Shown here: piece by piece, positions 40,417 to 50,573 of the stretch | How positions within the stretch are numbered: position 1 is the stretch's first letter | Layout: each line of letters opens with the position of its first letter | Assembly: GCA_031403915.1 (NCBI GenBank) | Contig: JANNGP010000175.1 | Span: 7,759-71,758 of the forward strand | DNA: 64,000 bases | Direction: 5' to 3' | From: Betaproteobacteria bacterium | GTDB lineage: Bacteria > Pseudomonadota > Gammaproteobacteria > Burkholderiales > Rhodocyclaceae | Notes under the pieces: model-generated | What the model was told of the DNA's origin: nothing | Databases searched by the model: none | What the model saw: only the letters and a program-made list of their open reading frames with translations | Translations under genes and position numbers: made by a program

Positions 40417-41943
40417 TCATTTCGCCGAATTCAGATTAAGGTGCAACTGCCGCGAATCGCCGCCATCCACTTTGCTGGCCGCGATTTTTCCCTCGCGCGC
40501 CTGCTCGATGGCATCAAGGTACTCCGGCGTCACATCGCCGGTCACGTACTGCCCGTCAAAACACGAACTGTCAAAACAACAGAGAGACGGTTTCAGTTCG
40601 CGCACGGAGGCTTTGAGCGCATCAAGATCCTGATACACCAGCGCATCGGCACCAATCTCGCTACAGATTTCATCGTCGGTACGGCCGGTAGCGATGAGTT
40701 CACCGCGCGTCGGCATATCGATACCGTAAACATTGGGGAAACGCACCGGGGGTGCCGCCGAAGCAAAATAGACCTTGTACGCACCAGCAGCACGCGCCAT
40801 TTCAACAATTTCACGACTGGTTGTTCCACGCACGATCGAATCATCCACGAGCAGAACGTTTTTGCCCCTGAATTCCTGCGCCACCGTGTTGAGCTTCTGG
40901 CGCACCGATTTTCTACGCGTAGCCTGCCCCGGCATGATGAAGGTGCGGCCGATATAGCGGTTTTTCACAAAACCTTCGCGATACGGAATACCCAAGCGCT
41001 GAGCCAACTGCATGGCCGAAGGGCGGCTCGAATCAGGGATCGGGATCACCACGTCGATATCCTTGACCGGGATTGTTTTGATCACCTTGTCCGCCAGATG
41101 CTCACCCATGCGCAAACGTGTTTCATAAACGGACACGCCGTCAATCACCGAATCCGGGCGTGCCAGATAAACGTATTCAAAGATGCACGGTGCCAGCACC
41201 GGATTCTGGGCGCACTGACGATGGTGCATCTGATGCGCCATATCTACAAAAATTGCCTCGCCCGGCTCGACATCACGCAGCACACGGAAGCCCAGCGTAT
41301 CGAGCGCAACCGACTCCGAGGCCAGCAAATATTCGTTGCCTTTCTCGGTTTCGTTCACGCCGATCACCAGCGGGCGGATACCGAAAGGATCGCGAAAAGC
41401 CAGCAAGCCGTAGCCGGCGATCAGCACCACCACCGCATACGCCCCTTTGCAGCGGCGATGCACGCCGGCGACGGCGGCAAAGATGGTCTCCAGATCGAGA
41501 CGGAAGCCTTTGGCCGTATCCTGTAGTTCATGAGCCAGAACGTTGAGCAACACTTCGGAATCGGAATTGGTGTTGATGTGCCGCAAATCCTGCCGGAACA
41601 TCTCTTCCTGCAATTGTTCGGTATTGGTCAGATTACCGTTGTGCGCCAGAACAATCCCGAACGGCGAGTTGACGTAAAACGGCTGCGACTCAGCCGAATC
41701 GGACGACGACCCGGCGGTCGGATAACGGCAATGGGCGATGCCCATGCTACCCGGCAGCGCGCGCATATTGCGTGTACGAAACACATCGCGCACCAGGCCG
41801 GAACCTTTGTGCATGTGAAAGGCGTCACCTTCGCCGGTGGCGATGCCGGCCGCGTCCTGCCCGCGATGTTGCAGCACCATCAGCCCGTCATAGAGCAATT
41901 GATTAACCGGCGTGGTCGCAACGACCCCGAGTATCCCGCACAT
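40417..41943 (-). CDS. purF: Amidophosphoribosyltransferase
   Basis: N-terminal [17 protein letters not shown] and [11 protein letters not shown]. Confidence 0.98.
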   Translation of the reverse strand: MCGILGVVATTPVNQLLYDGLMVLQHRGQDAAGIATGEGDAFHMHKGSGLVRDVFRTRNMRALPGSMGIAHCRYPTAGSSSDSAESQPFYVNSPFGIVLAHNGNLTNTEQLQEEMFRQDLRHINTNSDSEVLLNVLAHELQDTAKGFRLDLETIFAAVAGVHRRCKGAYAVVVLIAGYGLLAFRDPFGIRPLVIGVNETEKGNEYLLASESVALDTLGFRVLRDVEPGEAIFVDMAHQMHHRQCAQNPVLAPCIFEYVYLARPDSVIDGVSVYETRLRMGEHLADKVIKTIPVKDIDVVIPIPDSSRPSAMQLAQRLGIPYREGFVKNRYIGRTFIMPGQATRRKSVRQKLNTVAQEFRGKNVLLVDDSIVRGTTSREIVEMARAAGAYKVYFASAAPPVRFPNVYGIDMPTRGELIATGRTDDEICSEIGADALVYQDLDALKASVRELKPSLCCFDSSCFDGQYVTGDVTPEYLDAIEQAREGKIAASKVDGGDSRQLHLNLNSAK

Positions 41944-41951
41944 AGCTTTCC

Positions 41952-42443
41952 CTACCTGAATCGAATCCGTTTAGACACTTCCGGCGGCAGCCAGGGCTTG
42001 CCGGCCAGCACCGCCGTTTCAAGCGGCGCAGAGAAATACGCGTCGCTCCACCATTTTTCTTTCGGCAACATCGTCATGCCGCCGACCGCAACCAGCACCA
42101 ACACAATCACCAGCCCGCGTGCCACACCAAAAATAATACCCAGCAGGCGATCCGTCAGGCTTAATCCCAGCGCCTTGAGCAGTCCGCGCACCGCCAGACG
42201 CAAGAGCGCCATCAAGACCAGCACCACAATGAATATAGCCACCCAGGCCGCAACGATGCGCAGGGCCGGATCGACAATGCCTGTCATGAAGGTTTGCGCC
42301 ACTTCAGCGCCCAGCCATTGCGCCGCAAAGAAGGCCAGAATCCAGGCCACCAGCGCGATGATCTCGCCCACCACGCCGCGCCACACACCCAGCGCTACCG
42401 AAGCCACCACCATGGTGATAACAACGTAATCAAATGCGGTCAT
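41952..42443 (-). CDS. cvpA: Colicin V production protein
   Basis: MTAFDY...GVWRG..GE and DRLLG..FGVARG; immediately upstream of purF. Confidence 0.92.
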   Translation of the reverse strand: MTAFDYVVITMVVASVALGVWRGVVGEIIALVAWILAFFAAQWLGAEVAQTFMTGIVDPALRIVAAWVAIFIVVLVLMALLRLAVRGLLKALGLSLTDRLLGIIFGVARGLVIVLVLVAVGGMTMLPKEKWWSDAYFSAPLETAVLAGKPWLPPEVSKRIRFR

Positions 42444-43150
42444 TGCTTGGCGGCGACGACGCCGTTGATGCCTATCCGTTTCATTTTGTCGAGCGCTTTA
42501 TCCGCTGCTTCACGGCTGGGGAAGGGGCCGGCACGCACCCGCGTCTTCTTGCCCTCGGGCGAATCGAGCGGCTCGGTAAATACCTTGATGCCCAGTTCGC
42601 CGATCTTCGTTTGCAACTGATTGACGTTGGCCGGGTTGGAAAAAGCGCCGATCAGAATGAGGTACTGCCCACCACCGTTGCCGGGCGGAGTGACTGGCGC
42701 AGCATCCGCCTTGCCGCCAAGAATCGCGGCAGCACGCTGGGGTTCGCTTGCACTGGCTTTAGCTGGCTTCTCTACGGGCTTCTCTACAACTTTCTCGGCA
42801 GGTTTTTCAGTTTTCTTTTCCGCCGGCTTGTCGGCCGCTTTATCGGCCGGCTTCTCGGCAGATTTGGCAACAGGCGCTACCGGTGGCGGCTGAACCGCTT
42901 CCGTTTTTTCAGGCGCAGCTGTTTTCTCACTGACGACAGGCGTCGCTGACGGCTTGGCCACCTTGGGATTGAACGGCGTCTGATCCTGGCCGGGGATACG
43001 AATCTGGACATCCTGAACCTGTTGCTTTGGCTCGTCGTCCATAATCATCGGCAAAACCACAGCGGCCAGACCGGCAAAGGCAAACGCACCCACCAGACGG
43101 CGGCGTGCCCGTTTTTTTAACTGTAAATGAGCGTCGGGGGAATCAGACAT
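42440..43150 (-). CDS. dedD: SPOR-domain cell division protein (DedD-like)
   Basis: KKRARRRLVGA N-terminus and C-terminal SPOR domain (IGAFS, TRVRAGPF); position folC-dedD-cvpA. Confidence 0.85.
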   Translation of the reverse strand: MSDSPDAHLQLKKRARRRLVGAFAFAGLAAVVLPMIMDDEPKQQVQDVQIRIPGQDQTPFNPKVAKPSATPVVSEKTAAPEKTEAVQPPPVAPVAKSAEKPADKAADKPAEKKTEKPAEKVVEKPVEKPAKASASEPQRAAAILGGKADAAPVTPPGNGGGQYLILIGAFSNPANVNQLQTKIGELGIKVFTEPLDSPEGKKTRVRAGPFPSREAADKALDKMKRIGINGVVAAKQ

Positions 43151-43203
43151 CGGCAATTGGCGTATTGAGCAGTTTCGAATGAAAGAAGGCAGTGTCAGTT
43201 AAA

Positions 43204-44508
43204 TCAGGCATTGATTTTCATCACGCGCATAACCGCCGCCACCGTGTAGAACGACCCAAAGACCAGAATTCTATCATTTTCCCCTGCCAGCTTGGCAGCG
43301 CTCGTAAAAGCCTCTTGCGGAGAGCCAAAGCATTCGACACGACCACCCAGTTTGCTGCCGCAAACAACATCAGCCAGCGCCTGAGCCGGCGCGCCACGCG
43401 ACCCGGCCAGGGAGTCCAGACCGGCCAGCATCCAGACATCGATTTTTCCGGACAACGCCGCCAGCGCACCGGCAATATCCTTGTCACCCAGCATGCCGAC
43501 CACAGCAATGGTCTTCTCGAAAAAGCCCATGTCACCCAGATTGGCCGCCAGCCCCGCCACCGCCTGCGGGTTATGTGCCACGTCGAGCACGACCACCGGC
43601 CGGCCTGGTAAAACCTGGAAACGCCCCGGCAATTCGACTTCAATCAAACCGCGCCGAATGGCCTGCATCGACACCGGCAAACGAGCTTTGAGCGTCTCGA
43701 CAACAGCGAGTACCGCCGAGGCATTGCGTAACTGGCATTCGCCGCGCAGGCCGGGTGAAGCCAGACCGTCCCGGCGCAGCTTGTTGCGCCCCCAGAAAGT
43801 CCATTGCGTCTTGTCTCCGGTGTAACCGAAATCACGACCCAGCAATTGCAGATCAGCATCGATTGTGGCGGCGTGATCAAGCAGCGATTGCGGCGGCTCG
43901 GGATCGGCGCAGATGGCAGGAGTTTTCGAACGGAAGATGCCGGCCTTTTCGAAGCCAATGGATTCGCGTGTGGAACCCAGCCAGTCGGTGTGATCAAGGG
44001 CAATTCCGGTCACCACCGCACAGTCGGCATCATAGGCATTGACCGCATCAAGCCGACCGCCCAGCCCCACTTCAAGAATGATGATCTCCACCTGACGCGC
44101 GGCAAAAACCTCCCACGCGGCCAGCGTGCCAAATTCGAAATAAGTCAGCGCGACATTGCCGGCCGATTGCCGGGCCGCCTCGACCTTCGCAAAGGCCTGA
44201 CACAAGGATTCATCATCGACCGACAAGCGATCGACGCGCACGCGCTCGTTGTACGCCAGCAGATGCGGCGAGGTGTAGCAGCCAACGCGATAGCCCGCCG
44301 CCTTGTAGATCGCCTCCAGATACGCGCAGGTCGAACCCTTGCCATTCGTCCCGCCAACAATGATCAGCGGGCAGTGCTGTGTTTGCTGCAACGCCGCCTT
44401 GACCAGCCTGACGCGCTCCAGCCCCAACTCGATCCCGCCCTGCCCCTTGGGGTGCAGGCTTTCGAGGTGGGCAAGCCAGTCAGGGAGTGATTTCAACAAA
44501 TCTTTCAA
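43204..44508 (-). CDS. folC: Dihydrofolate/folylpolyglutamate synthase
   Basis: VGGTNGKGST, YTSPHL, LEVGLGGRLDAVN and DVAHNPQA; TTG start. Confidence 0.96.
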   Translation of the reverse strand: MKDLLKSLPDWLAHLESLHPKGQGGIELGLERVRLVKAALQQTQHCPLIIVGGTNGKGSTCAYLEAIYKAAGYRVGCYTSPHLLAYNERVRVDRLSVDDESLCQAFAKVEAARQSAGNVALTYFEFGTLAAWEVFAARQVEIIILEVGLGGRLDAVNAYDADCAVVTGIALDHTDWLGSTRESIGFEKAGIFRSKTPAICADPEPPQSLLDHAATIDADLQLLGRDFGYTGDKTQWTFWGRNKLRRDGLASPGLRGECQLRNASAVLAVVETLKARLPVSMQAIRRGLIEVELPGRFQVLPGRPVVVLDVAHNPQAVAGLAANLGDMGFFEKTIAVVGMLGDKDIAGALAALSGKIDVWMLAGLDSLAGSRGAPAQALADVVCGSKLGGRVECFGSPQEAFTSAAKLAGENDRILVFGSFYTVAAVMRVMKINA

Positions 44509-44579
44509 GGTGTGGCCTTCACAGGGGCGTAGGTCTCAGTTCGACCCTAAGCGGAAGAAGCTCGTTTGAGGAAGCAGAC

Positions 44580-44667
44580 ATTCAACGTGCAGGTCAGCCG
44601 CGCCGGAAGTTGACGCTCAGAAAACAAGCTGCATACTTCCCGGTGTCGGCTGGACTGGCAGTTGGAA
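44580..44667 (-). mobile_element. Integron attC recombination site (88 bp)
   Basis: Minus strand reads TTCCAAC...AGTCCAGCCGACACC...GGCGCGGCTGACCTGCAC-GTTGAAT. The final 7-mer is a perfect GTTRRRY core, the arms resemble aadA-type attC, and there are unpaired G and T bases on the bottom strand. Confidence 0.8.
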
Positions 44668-44752
44668 TACAAATAAAACTGGCATCATTCCATTTTGCTC
44701 AATGATTGTTGGGTGTCCGCTGTTGTAATGTCCAACGCTGGAAGTAATTATC

Positions 44753-45211
44753 TCAAGCGCTAACGGCCTTTCTTAGATTCAAAAAATAGAGCACCCCAAA
44801 TACGATGAATATAATCCCGCCATAAAACGGTAACCAAATATCACTTCCCACCCCTGGTAAGAGAATTGAATTCTTTGGATTCTTTGGGTCATAAGAAACA
44901 GGCCCACGTCGCCCAACGGGAAACTTCATTGCGAGCTCTTCTGCATTTTTGCGACTCATGCCAGTATCAAATGATTCTGCATAAATACGATCGCTCTTAT
45001 AAGTCATACCATTTACTTCATATGAGTATTCAATGCGGGCAACTGATGTTGAGTCATGGCTATCTTCCGCTGCACTATAAGTTATGACGGCCTCAGCTTT
45101 TGGCCAGCTTGTGCTCCTCATTCCTTCTTTGTAATCCTGAAAACCTATAAACAATAAAACGAAGCCTAAAACAACCATTCCCACTGACCAGAGATAATTC
45201 AACCTTTGCAT
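44753..45211 (-). CDS. DUF3592-like membrane protein (putative cassette gene)
   Basis: AT-rich ORF with an N-terminal TM, SWP...A.ITYS, IEYSYEVNG.TY, V.YDPKNP..SIL and a C-terminal TM; likely start ATG 45211 (ORF is open to 45283). Confidence 0.75.
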   Translation of the reverse strand: MQRLNYLWSVGMVVLGFVLLFIGFQDYKEGMRSTSWPKAEAVITYSAAEDSHDSTSVARIEYSYEVNGMTYKSDRIYAESFDTGMSRKNAEELAMKFPVGRRGPVSYDPKNPKNSILLPGVGSDIWLPFYGGIIFIVFGVLYFLNLRKAVSA

Positions 45212-45504
45212 TTTGAATCCTGCCTCAATAAAAATTAATTTCAATCTCATATCCATCGGGGTCAGATACAGACAAGGGGACACCCAATATTTTCTGGGGC
45301 ACCGACAAACCTGACAGGCTCAAACTTTACCCCGATAGCATCTGCTCCGCGACTCGCGGACCGCTAGCCGACAATTCATCATGCCGCACTGACCGCTTGG
45401 AAGCTCAGTCGCGGAAGGCCGTTTGTGGCCGAACTGAGACAAATAGTTCTACACCTCACTGCAAATTTATGTGCCACATCGCGTAGCGCCAGTGGCGCAA
45501 CTAT

Positions 45505-45768
45505 CTACTTTTGTTGATGCGCTTTCACGTAACTACGCAAAACGGCATTGATGCGCGTTTGATACCCCTGTCCGCCATCCTTGAAGTACGCCATGATATC
45601 GGGGTCAATGCGCAAGGTCACTTGCCGTTTGACCATCGGCGAATTCACTGAAGCGTTTTCCCAGAACTTCACATCCGTTTCCGGTGTATCCGAGTAATCG
45701 ATTCCCTTATCACTCATCGCGTCGATGCGCGACAAGTCGCTCTTGATAGATTTTTTGCTCGCGTTCAT
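45505..45768 (-). CDS. brnA: BrnA antitoxin
   Basis: IDYSDTPE and KRQVTLRIDPDI...FK..G.GYQTRINAVLR. Confidence 0.92.
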   Translation of the reverse strand: MNASKKSIKSDLSRIDAMSDKGIDYSDTPETDVKFWENASVNSPMVKRQVTLRIDPDIMAYFKDGGQGYQTRINAVLRSYVKAHQQK

Positions 45769-46000
45769 TGGCTTTCCTCATAGAAATGATACGCACCCTG
45801 CCGGCACGCTCGGTATGCGCTATCAACACGACACGCCCACATAGAGCTCCAAGTGAAACGAAGCGTGCTTCCTCATAGTCTTTCCGATGATCAGCAACGG
45901 TAATGACGTCACCCTCGAAAACTGCCTCTGCATCTTCAAAAGCCAAACCATGTTTCTTGAGATTAGCTTGATTCTTTGCCTCATCCCATTCGTAACTCAT
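45710..46000 (-). CDS. brnT: BrnT toxin
   Basis: YEWDEAKNQANLKKHGLAFEDA and RIISMRKAN.RE. Confidence 0.93.
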   Translation of the reverse strand: MSYEWDEAKNQANLKKHGLAFEDAEAVFEGDVITVADHRKDYEEARFVSLGALCGRVVLIAHTERAGRVRIISMRKANEREQKIYQERLVAHRRDE

Positions 46001-46035
46001 GATATATTGTAGTTACTAAATGTAGCTACACGCAA
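46001..46035 (-). promoter_or_regulatory. brnTA promoter/operator, probably leaderless
   Basis: TTGCGT-18 nt-TACAAT-5 nt-ATG; palindrome TGTAGCTACA (46021-46030) plus imperfect copy TGTAGTTACT (46008-46017); no RBS. Confidence 0.55.
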
Positions 46036-46053
46036 GTGAATTCGGATGCACTT

Positions 46054-46926
46054 TCAGGCAGCCGCCGGCAGTTTTTGCAGCATGGTCAGAATCTGCGCCA
46101 GCCTGTCCTTCATTTCACGACGATCAACGATCATGTCGATGGCACCTTTTTCCATCAGAAACTCGGCACGCTGAAAGCCTTCCGGCAGGGTCTGGCGCAC
46201 CGTCTGCTCGATCACGCGCGGCCCGGCAAAGCCAATCAATGCGCCCGGTTCGGCAATCACCACGTCGCCGATGAAAGCAAATGAAGCGGATACGCCGCCC
46301 ATGGTCGGGTCGGTAAGGATGGAAATGAAGGGCAGCCGGGCTTCCGAAAGCTTGGTCAAAGCGGCGGAGGTTTTGGCCATTTGCATCAAGGAGAACAGGC
46401 CTTCCTGCATGCGTGCGCCACCGGAGGCGGTGACGCAGATGAAAGGCAAGCCTTGTTCAACGGCGGCCTGCACACCGCGGACGAAGCGTTCGCCGAGCAC
46501 CGAGCCCATCGAGCCGCCCATGAAGTTGAATTCAAAGACGGCAACCACTACCGGCAAGGTCTTAAGCGCACCCTGCATGACCACCATCGAATCCGTTTCG
46601 CCGGTACTCTCGGCGGCATCCCGAAGGCGATCCGAGTAACGCTTGCTGTCCTTGAACTTGAGCGGGTCAAGGGGCAAGACCTCCGATCCGATTTCAAAGC
46701 GCCCCTCCGGATCAAGCAGTAGGTCAATCCGCGCCCGCGCATCCAAACGATTATGGTGTGCGCACTTCGGGCAAACATTGGCGTTCTGTTCCAGATCAGT
46801 GGCGTACAGCACCGCCTCGCACGACGGGCACTTGCTCCACAAGCCCTCGGGGAGATTGGACTTGCGGGCCGCTCCGCTGTCATTGCGCTTGATTTTTGGC
46901 GGCAGAAGTTTAGTTAACCAGCTCAT
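46054..46926 (-). CDS. accD: Acetyl-CoA carboxylase carboxyltransferase beta subunit
   Basis: CPSC...CPKC zinc finger, FMGGSMG and SGGARMQEG. Confidence 0.97.
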   Translation of the reverse strand: MSWLTKLLPPKIKRNDSGAARKSNLPEGLWSKCPSCEAVLYATDLEQNANVCPKCAHHNRLDARARIDLLLDPEGRFEIGSEVLPLDPLKFKDSKRYSDRLRDAAESTGETDSMVVMQGALKTLPVVVAVFEFNFMGGSMGSVLGERFVRGVQAAVEQGLPFICVTASGGARMQEGLFSLMQMAKTSAALTKLSEARLPFISILTDPTMGGVSASFAFIGDVVIAEPGALIGFAGPRVIEQTVRQTLPEGFQRAEFLMEKGAIDMIVDRREMKDRLAQILTMLQKLPAAA

Positions 46927-46947
46927 GGCATTCCTCGGGCAGTGATG

Positions 46948-47757
46948 CTATTTTTCGACAGCCGCGTCAATACCACGACGCAACTCGGCGACCAGCGCAT
47001 GAACCCGCGCACAAACATTGTCGCTGGTCGATTGCTCAATCTCCTCGATGATCCGGCTTCCGACGACGACGGCATCGGCAATGCGCGCCACCGCACCTGC
47101 CGTTGCCGCATCACGAATACCGAAGCCGACACCGACCGGCACACCCGTCGCGGCATGGATTTCCGGAATACGCGCAGCAACTGCTTCAACGTCGAGCTGA
47201 GCCGAACCGGTGACGCCCTTGAGCGAAACATAGTAGACGTAACCGCTGGCCAGTGCTGCGACCTGCGAAATGCGTGTCGCTGTCGAGGTGGGCGCGAGCA
47301 GAAAGATCGGATCAAGCGCATTGGCATGCATCGCCTTCGCAAACGCCACCCCTTCTTCCGGCGGGTAATCGACAACCAAGACACCATCAACACCGGCATC
47401 AAAAGCCGCCGCCGCAAAGTCATCGACGCCCATGGCCTCGATCGGATTGGCGTAACCCATCAGCACGACCGGCGTTTCGTTGTTGTCGGCGCGGAAGTTA
47501 GCCACCATGCCCAGCACCTTGCGCAGGCTGACGCCCTTGAGCAAGGCTCGCTCCGACGCACGCTGGATGGTTGGTCCGTCGGCCATCGGGTCGGAAAACG
47601 GTACACCGAGTTCGATGATGTCAGCGCCGGCTTCAACCAGCGTGTGCATCAGAGTCACGGTCAGTGCCGGATCGGGATCGCCGGCGGTAATGAAGGGAAT
47701 CAGCGCTTTGCGCCCTTGCGCCTGCAGGCGCTCGAAGGTGGCTTGTATTTTTGACAT
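46948..47757 (-). CDS. trpA: Tryptophan synthase alpha chain
   Basis: [24 protein letters not shown] and YVSLKGVTG. Confidence 0.97.
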   Translation of the reverse strand: MSKIQATFERLQAQGRKALIPFITAGDPDPALTVTLMHTLVEAGADIIELGVPFSDPMADGPTIQRASERALLKGVSLRKVLGMVANFRADNNETPVVLMGYANPIEAMGVDDFAAAAFDAGVDGVLVVDYPPEEGVAFAKAMHANALDPIFLLAPTSTATRISQVAALASGYVYYVSLKGVTGSAQLDVEAVAARIPEIHAATGVPVGVGFGIRDAATAGAVARIADAVVVGSRIIEEIEQSTSDNVCARVHALVAELRRGIDAAVEK

Positions 47758-48962
47758 TAGAAAGTGATCCCCGATTTTTCGGCAACGGTATGCATGTCCT
47801 TGTCACCGCGACCCGAGAGATTGACCAGCAGAATCTTGTCTTTCGGCAAGGTCGGCGCAAGCTTGGTGGCGTAAGCAATAGCGTGGCTCGATTCGAGTGC
47901 CGGAATGATGCCCTCCAGACGACACAGCTTGTGGAAGGCCTCAAGCGCTTCGGCATCGGTGATGGTGACGTACTCTGCCCGGCCGGAATCCTTGAGCCAG
48001 GCATGCTCGGGGCCGACGCCGGGGTAATCGAGACCGGCCGAAATCGAATGCGTCTCTATGATCTGGCCGTTTTCATCCTGCAACAGATAGGTGCGATTGC
48101 CGTGCAGCACACCGGGATGCCCGGCGGTCAGCGAAGCCGCATGGCGACCCGTTTCCATGCCGTCACCGGCAGCTTCAACACCAATCAGACGCACACCTTG
48201 ATGCGGAATGTAAGGATGGAAAATCCCCATGGCGTTTGAACCACCACCCACACAGGCGATCACGGCATCAGGCTGACGCTCGCACTGCTCCTGCATCTGG
48301 CCGATGGCTTCCTGACCAATCACCGCCTGGAAGTCGCGCACCATCATCGGGTAAGGGTGCGGGCCGGCCACCGTGCCAATAATGTAGAAGGTATTGGAGA
48401 TATTGGTCACCCAGTCACGCATCGCCTCATTTAGCGCGTCCTTGAGCGTTTTGGAACCACTTTCGACAGGCACCACGGACGCCCCAAGCAACTTCATGCG
48501 GTAGACGTTGGCCGCCTGCCGCTTGATGTCTTCGGAGCCCATGTAGACCACGCATTCCATGCCGTAGCGTGCGGCCACCGTGGCCGTCGCAACGCCATGC
48601 TGACCGGCACCGGTTTCGGCAATGACGCGCTTCTTGCCCATACGGCGGGCGAGCATGGCCTGGCCGATGCAGTTATTAACCTTGTGCGCGCCGGTATGAT
48701 TGAGGTCTTCGCGCTTCAGATAAATCTGCGCGCCACCGAGCATTTCGGACCAGCGTTTGGCGTGGTATAGCGGGCTCGGGCGACCGACATAATGCTTGAG
48801 GTCATATTCAAATTCGGCCTTGAACAGCGGATCGCGCTGCGCGTCGGCATAGGCTTGTTTCAGTTCTTCAAGCGCGGGGATCAACGTTTCGGCGACAAAA
48901 ACGCCGCCATACGGGCCAAAGTGACCGTGCGCATCGGGCAAGTCATAACGGGGGGCAACCAT
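47757..48962 (-). CDS. trpB: Tryptophan synthase beta chain
   Basis: [27 protein letters not shown] and [11 protein letters not shown]; start ATG 48962 with an AGGAGA RBS. Confidence 0.98.
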   Translation of the reverse strand: MVAPRYDLPDAHGHFGPYGGVFVAETLIPALEELKQAYADAQRDPLFKAEFEYDLKHYVGRPSPLYHAKRWSEMLGGAQIYLKREDLNHTGAHKVNNCIGQAMLARRMGKKRVIAETGAGQHGVATATVAARYGMECVVYMGSEDIKRQAANVYRMKLLGASVVPVESGSKTLKDALNEAMRDWVTNISNTFYIIGTVAGPHPYPMMVRDFQAVIGQEAIGQMQEQCERQPDAVIACVGGGSNAMGIFHPYIPHQGVRLIGVEAAGDGMETGRHAASLTAGHPGVLHGNRTYLLQDENGQIIETHSISAGLDYPGVGPEHAWLKDSGRAEYVTITDAEALEAFHKLCRLEGIIPALESSHAIAYATKLAPTLPKDKILLVNLSGRGDKDMHTVAEKSGITF

Positions 48963-49119
48963 GATTTCTCCTTGAGGCAATTACCGGAAAATGCGGCAAA
49001 AAAGACGAACGACGAACAGCGGGCTGTCGTCGGCCTCAGGCATGGTTGGCGAAATAGCGTCGCCAGCAGGCACGGGTACGTCCACCAGAAGTCTTGCGCA
49101 TTGCTTATCCTGTTCCGAA

Positions 49120-49755
49120 TCAATCGCTCGGCATCAATCCAGCCGCGTGTACGGCATCAACAAAAGCACGAATCTTTTCAGCGTCCTTGATTCCTTTGGC
49201 CGCCTCAACACCCGACGAGACGTCCACTGCCGCCGGCCGCAAACGGCTAATGGCTTCGCCGACATTACCGGCATCCAGCCCGCCGGAAAGAACGACCGGC
49301 TTGCCCAATACAGGCGGAATCAGTGACCAGTCGAACGCCTTGCCGCCACCGCCGTAGCCGTCGACAAAGGCATCCAGAAGAATCGCCTGCGCCGAAGTGA
49401 AGCCAGCGGCGTATTGTACCAAATCCAACCCGGGCCTGACGCGCGCCGCTTTCATGTAAGGGCGATCGAACTGACGGCAATACGCGTCGTCTTCATCGCC
49501 ATGAAACTGCAGCATGTAAATTGGCAGTGTGGCTAGCGTATCTTTAACCAACTGCGCATCCGCATTGACGAAAAGCCCGACAATGGTGACAAAAGGCGGA
49601 ATGGCACGCGCCAGTTCGGCTGCCTTTTTCAGATCAACGTAGCGTGAGCTGGGCGGATAGAAAACCAAGCCGATGGCGTCGGCACCGGCATCCACCGCAA
49701 CTTGCACGTCTTCAACGCGGGTCAGGCCACAAATCTTGATGCGCGGTCGTGTCAT
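49120..49755 (-). CDS. trpF: Phosphoribosylanthranilate isomerase
   Basis: RIKICGLT, LQFHGDE, LSGGL and VDVSSGVE. Confidence 0.96.
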   Translation of the reverse strand: MTRPRIKICGLTRVEDVQVAVDAGADAIGLVFYPPSSRYVDLKKAAELARAIPPFVTIVGLFVNADAQLVKDTLATLPIYMLQFHGDEDDAYCRQFDRPYMKAARVRPGLDLVQYAAGFTSAQAILLDAFVDGYGGGGKAFDWSLIPPVLGKPVVLSGGLDAGNVGEAISRLRPAAVDVSSGVEAAKGIKDAEKIRAFVDAVHAAGLMPSD

Positions 49756-50567
49756 TCAGTTTCTCCATCCAGATAGCCTGGCAGAAAGGCCATCGCACTG
49801 CCGTTATCGTTGGTCGGCAAATCCCAGTGAGACTCGTAATTTACACCGACCAGATACAAGCCGTCAGCCGAGAATGTCGGTGCCGCCAAACGCCGGTCGC
49901 CACCAGCCAGTAATTGTTCCATCCACGCCGCAGGGTGCTTGCCCTGACCAATATAAACCAGACTGCCGACCAGATTGCGCACCATGTGCTGCAAAAAGGC
50001 ACCGGCTTCAAAATCAAAGACGATCAGATCACCCTCGCGCCGTACTTCGGCCCGACGCATCAGCTTGACCGGTGACTTGGCCTGGCAGTCCGCCGCACGA
50101 AAGGCTGAAAAATCATGCTCACCAAGCAGCAAAACAGCCGCCTGCTGCATGATCTCAACATCGAGCGGGTGATGATACCAGCCGGCGCGTCCGTGCCATA
50201 CACCGGTTCGTTGCGGACGATTGATCAGCAGGTATCGATAGCAACGGCCAAACGCCGAGAAACGGGCATGAAAATCATCCGCCACCGGCTGCGCCCAACG
50301 CACCGCTACTGAAGGGGGAAGGAAGGTATTCACCCCGCGCACCCAGGCACTTAATGGACGATCAAGCAAAGTATCAAAATGCACCACCTGACCCGTGGCA
50401 TGCACCCCGGCATCGGTTCGTCCGGCGCAAACAACATCTACCGGCACACCGGCAATCCGGCCTAGCGCCGCCTGCAAGGCGTCTTGAACCGTACCGCCAC
50501 CCGGTTGGATTTGCCAGCCATGGAAGGCACTGCCATCATATTCAATGCCGAGGGCTAATCTCATCAC
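49752..50567 (-). CDS. truA: tRNA pseudouridine(38-40) synthase
   Basis: YDGSAFHGWQ, AGRTDAGVHA, FHARFSA and FLQHMVR. Confidence 0.97.
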   Translation of the reverse strand: MMRLALGIEYDGSAFHGWQIQPGGGTVQDALQAALGRIAGVPVDVVCAGRTDAGVHATGQVVHFDTLLDRPLSAWVRGVNTFLPPSVAVRWAQPVADDFHARFSAFGRCYRYLLINRPQRTGVWHGRAGWYHHPLDVEIMQQAAVLLLGEHDFSAFRAADCQAKSPVKLMRRAEVRREGDLIVFDFEAGAFLQHMVRNLVGSLVYIGQGKHPAAWMEQLLAGGDRRLAAPTFSADGLYLVGVNYESHWDLPTNDNGSAMAFLPGYLDGETE

Positions 50568-50573
50568 GTTCGC

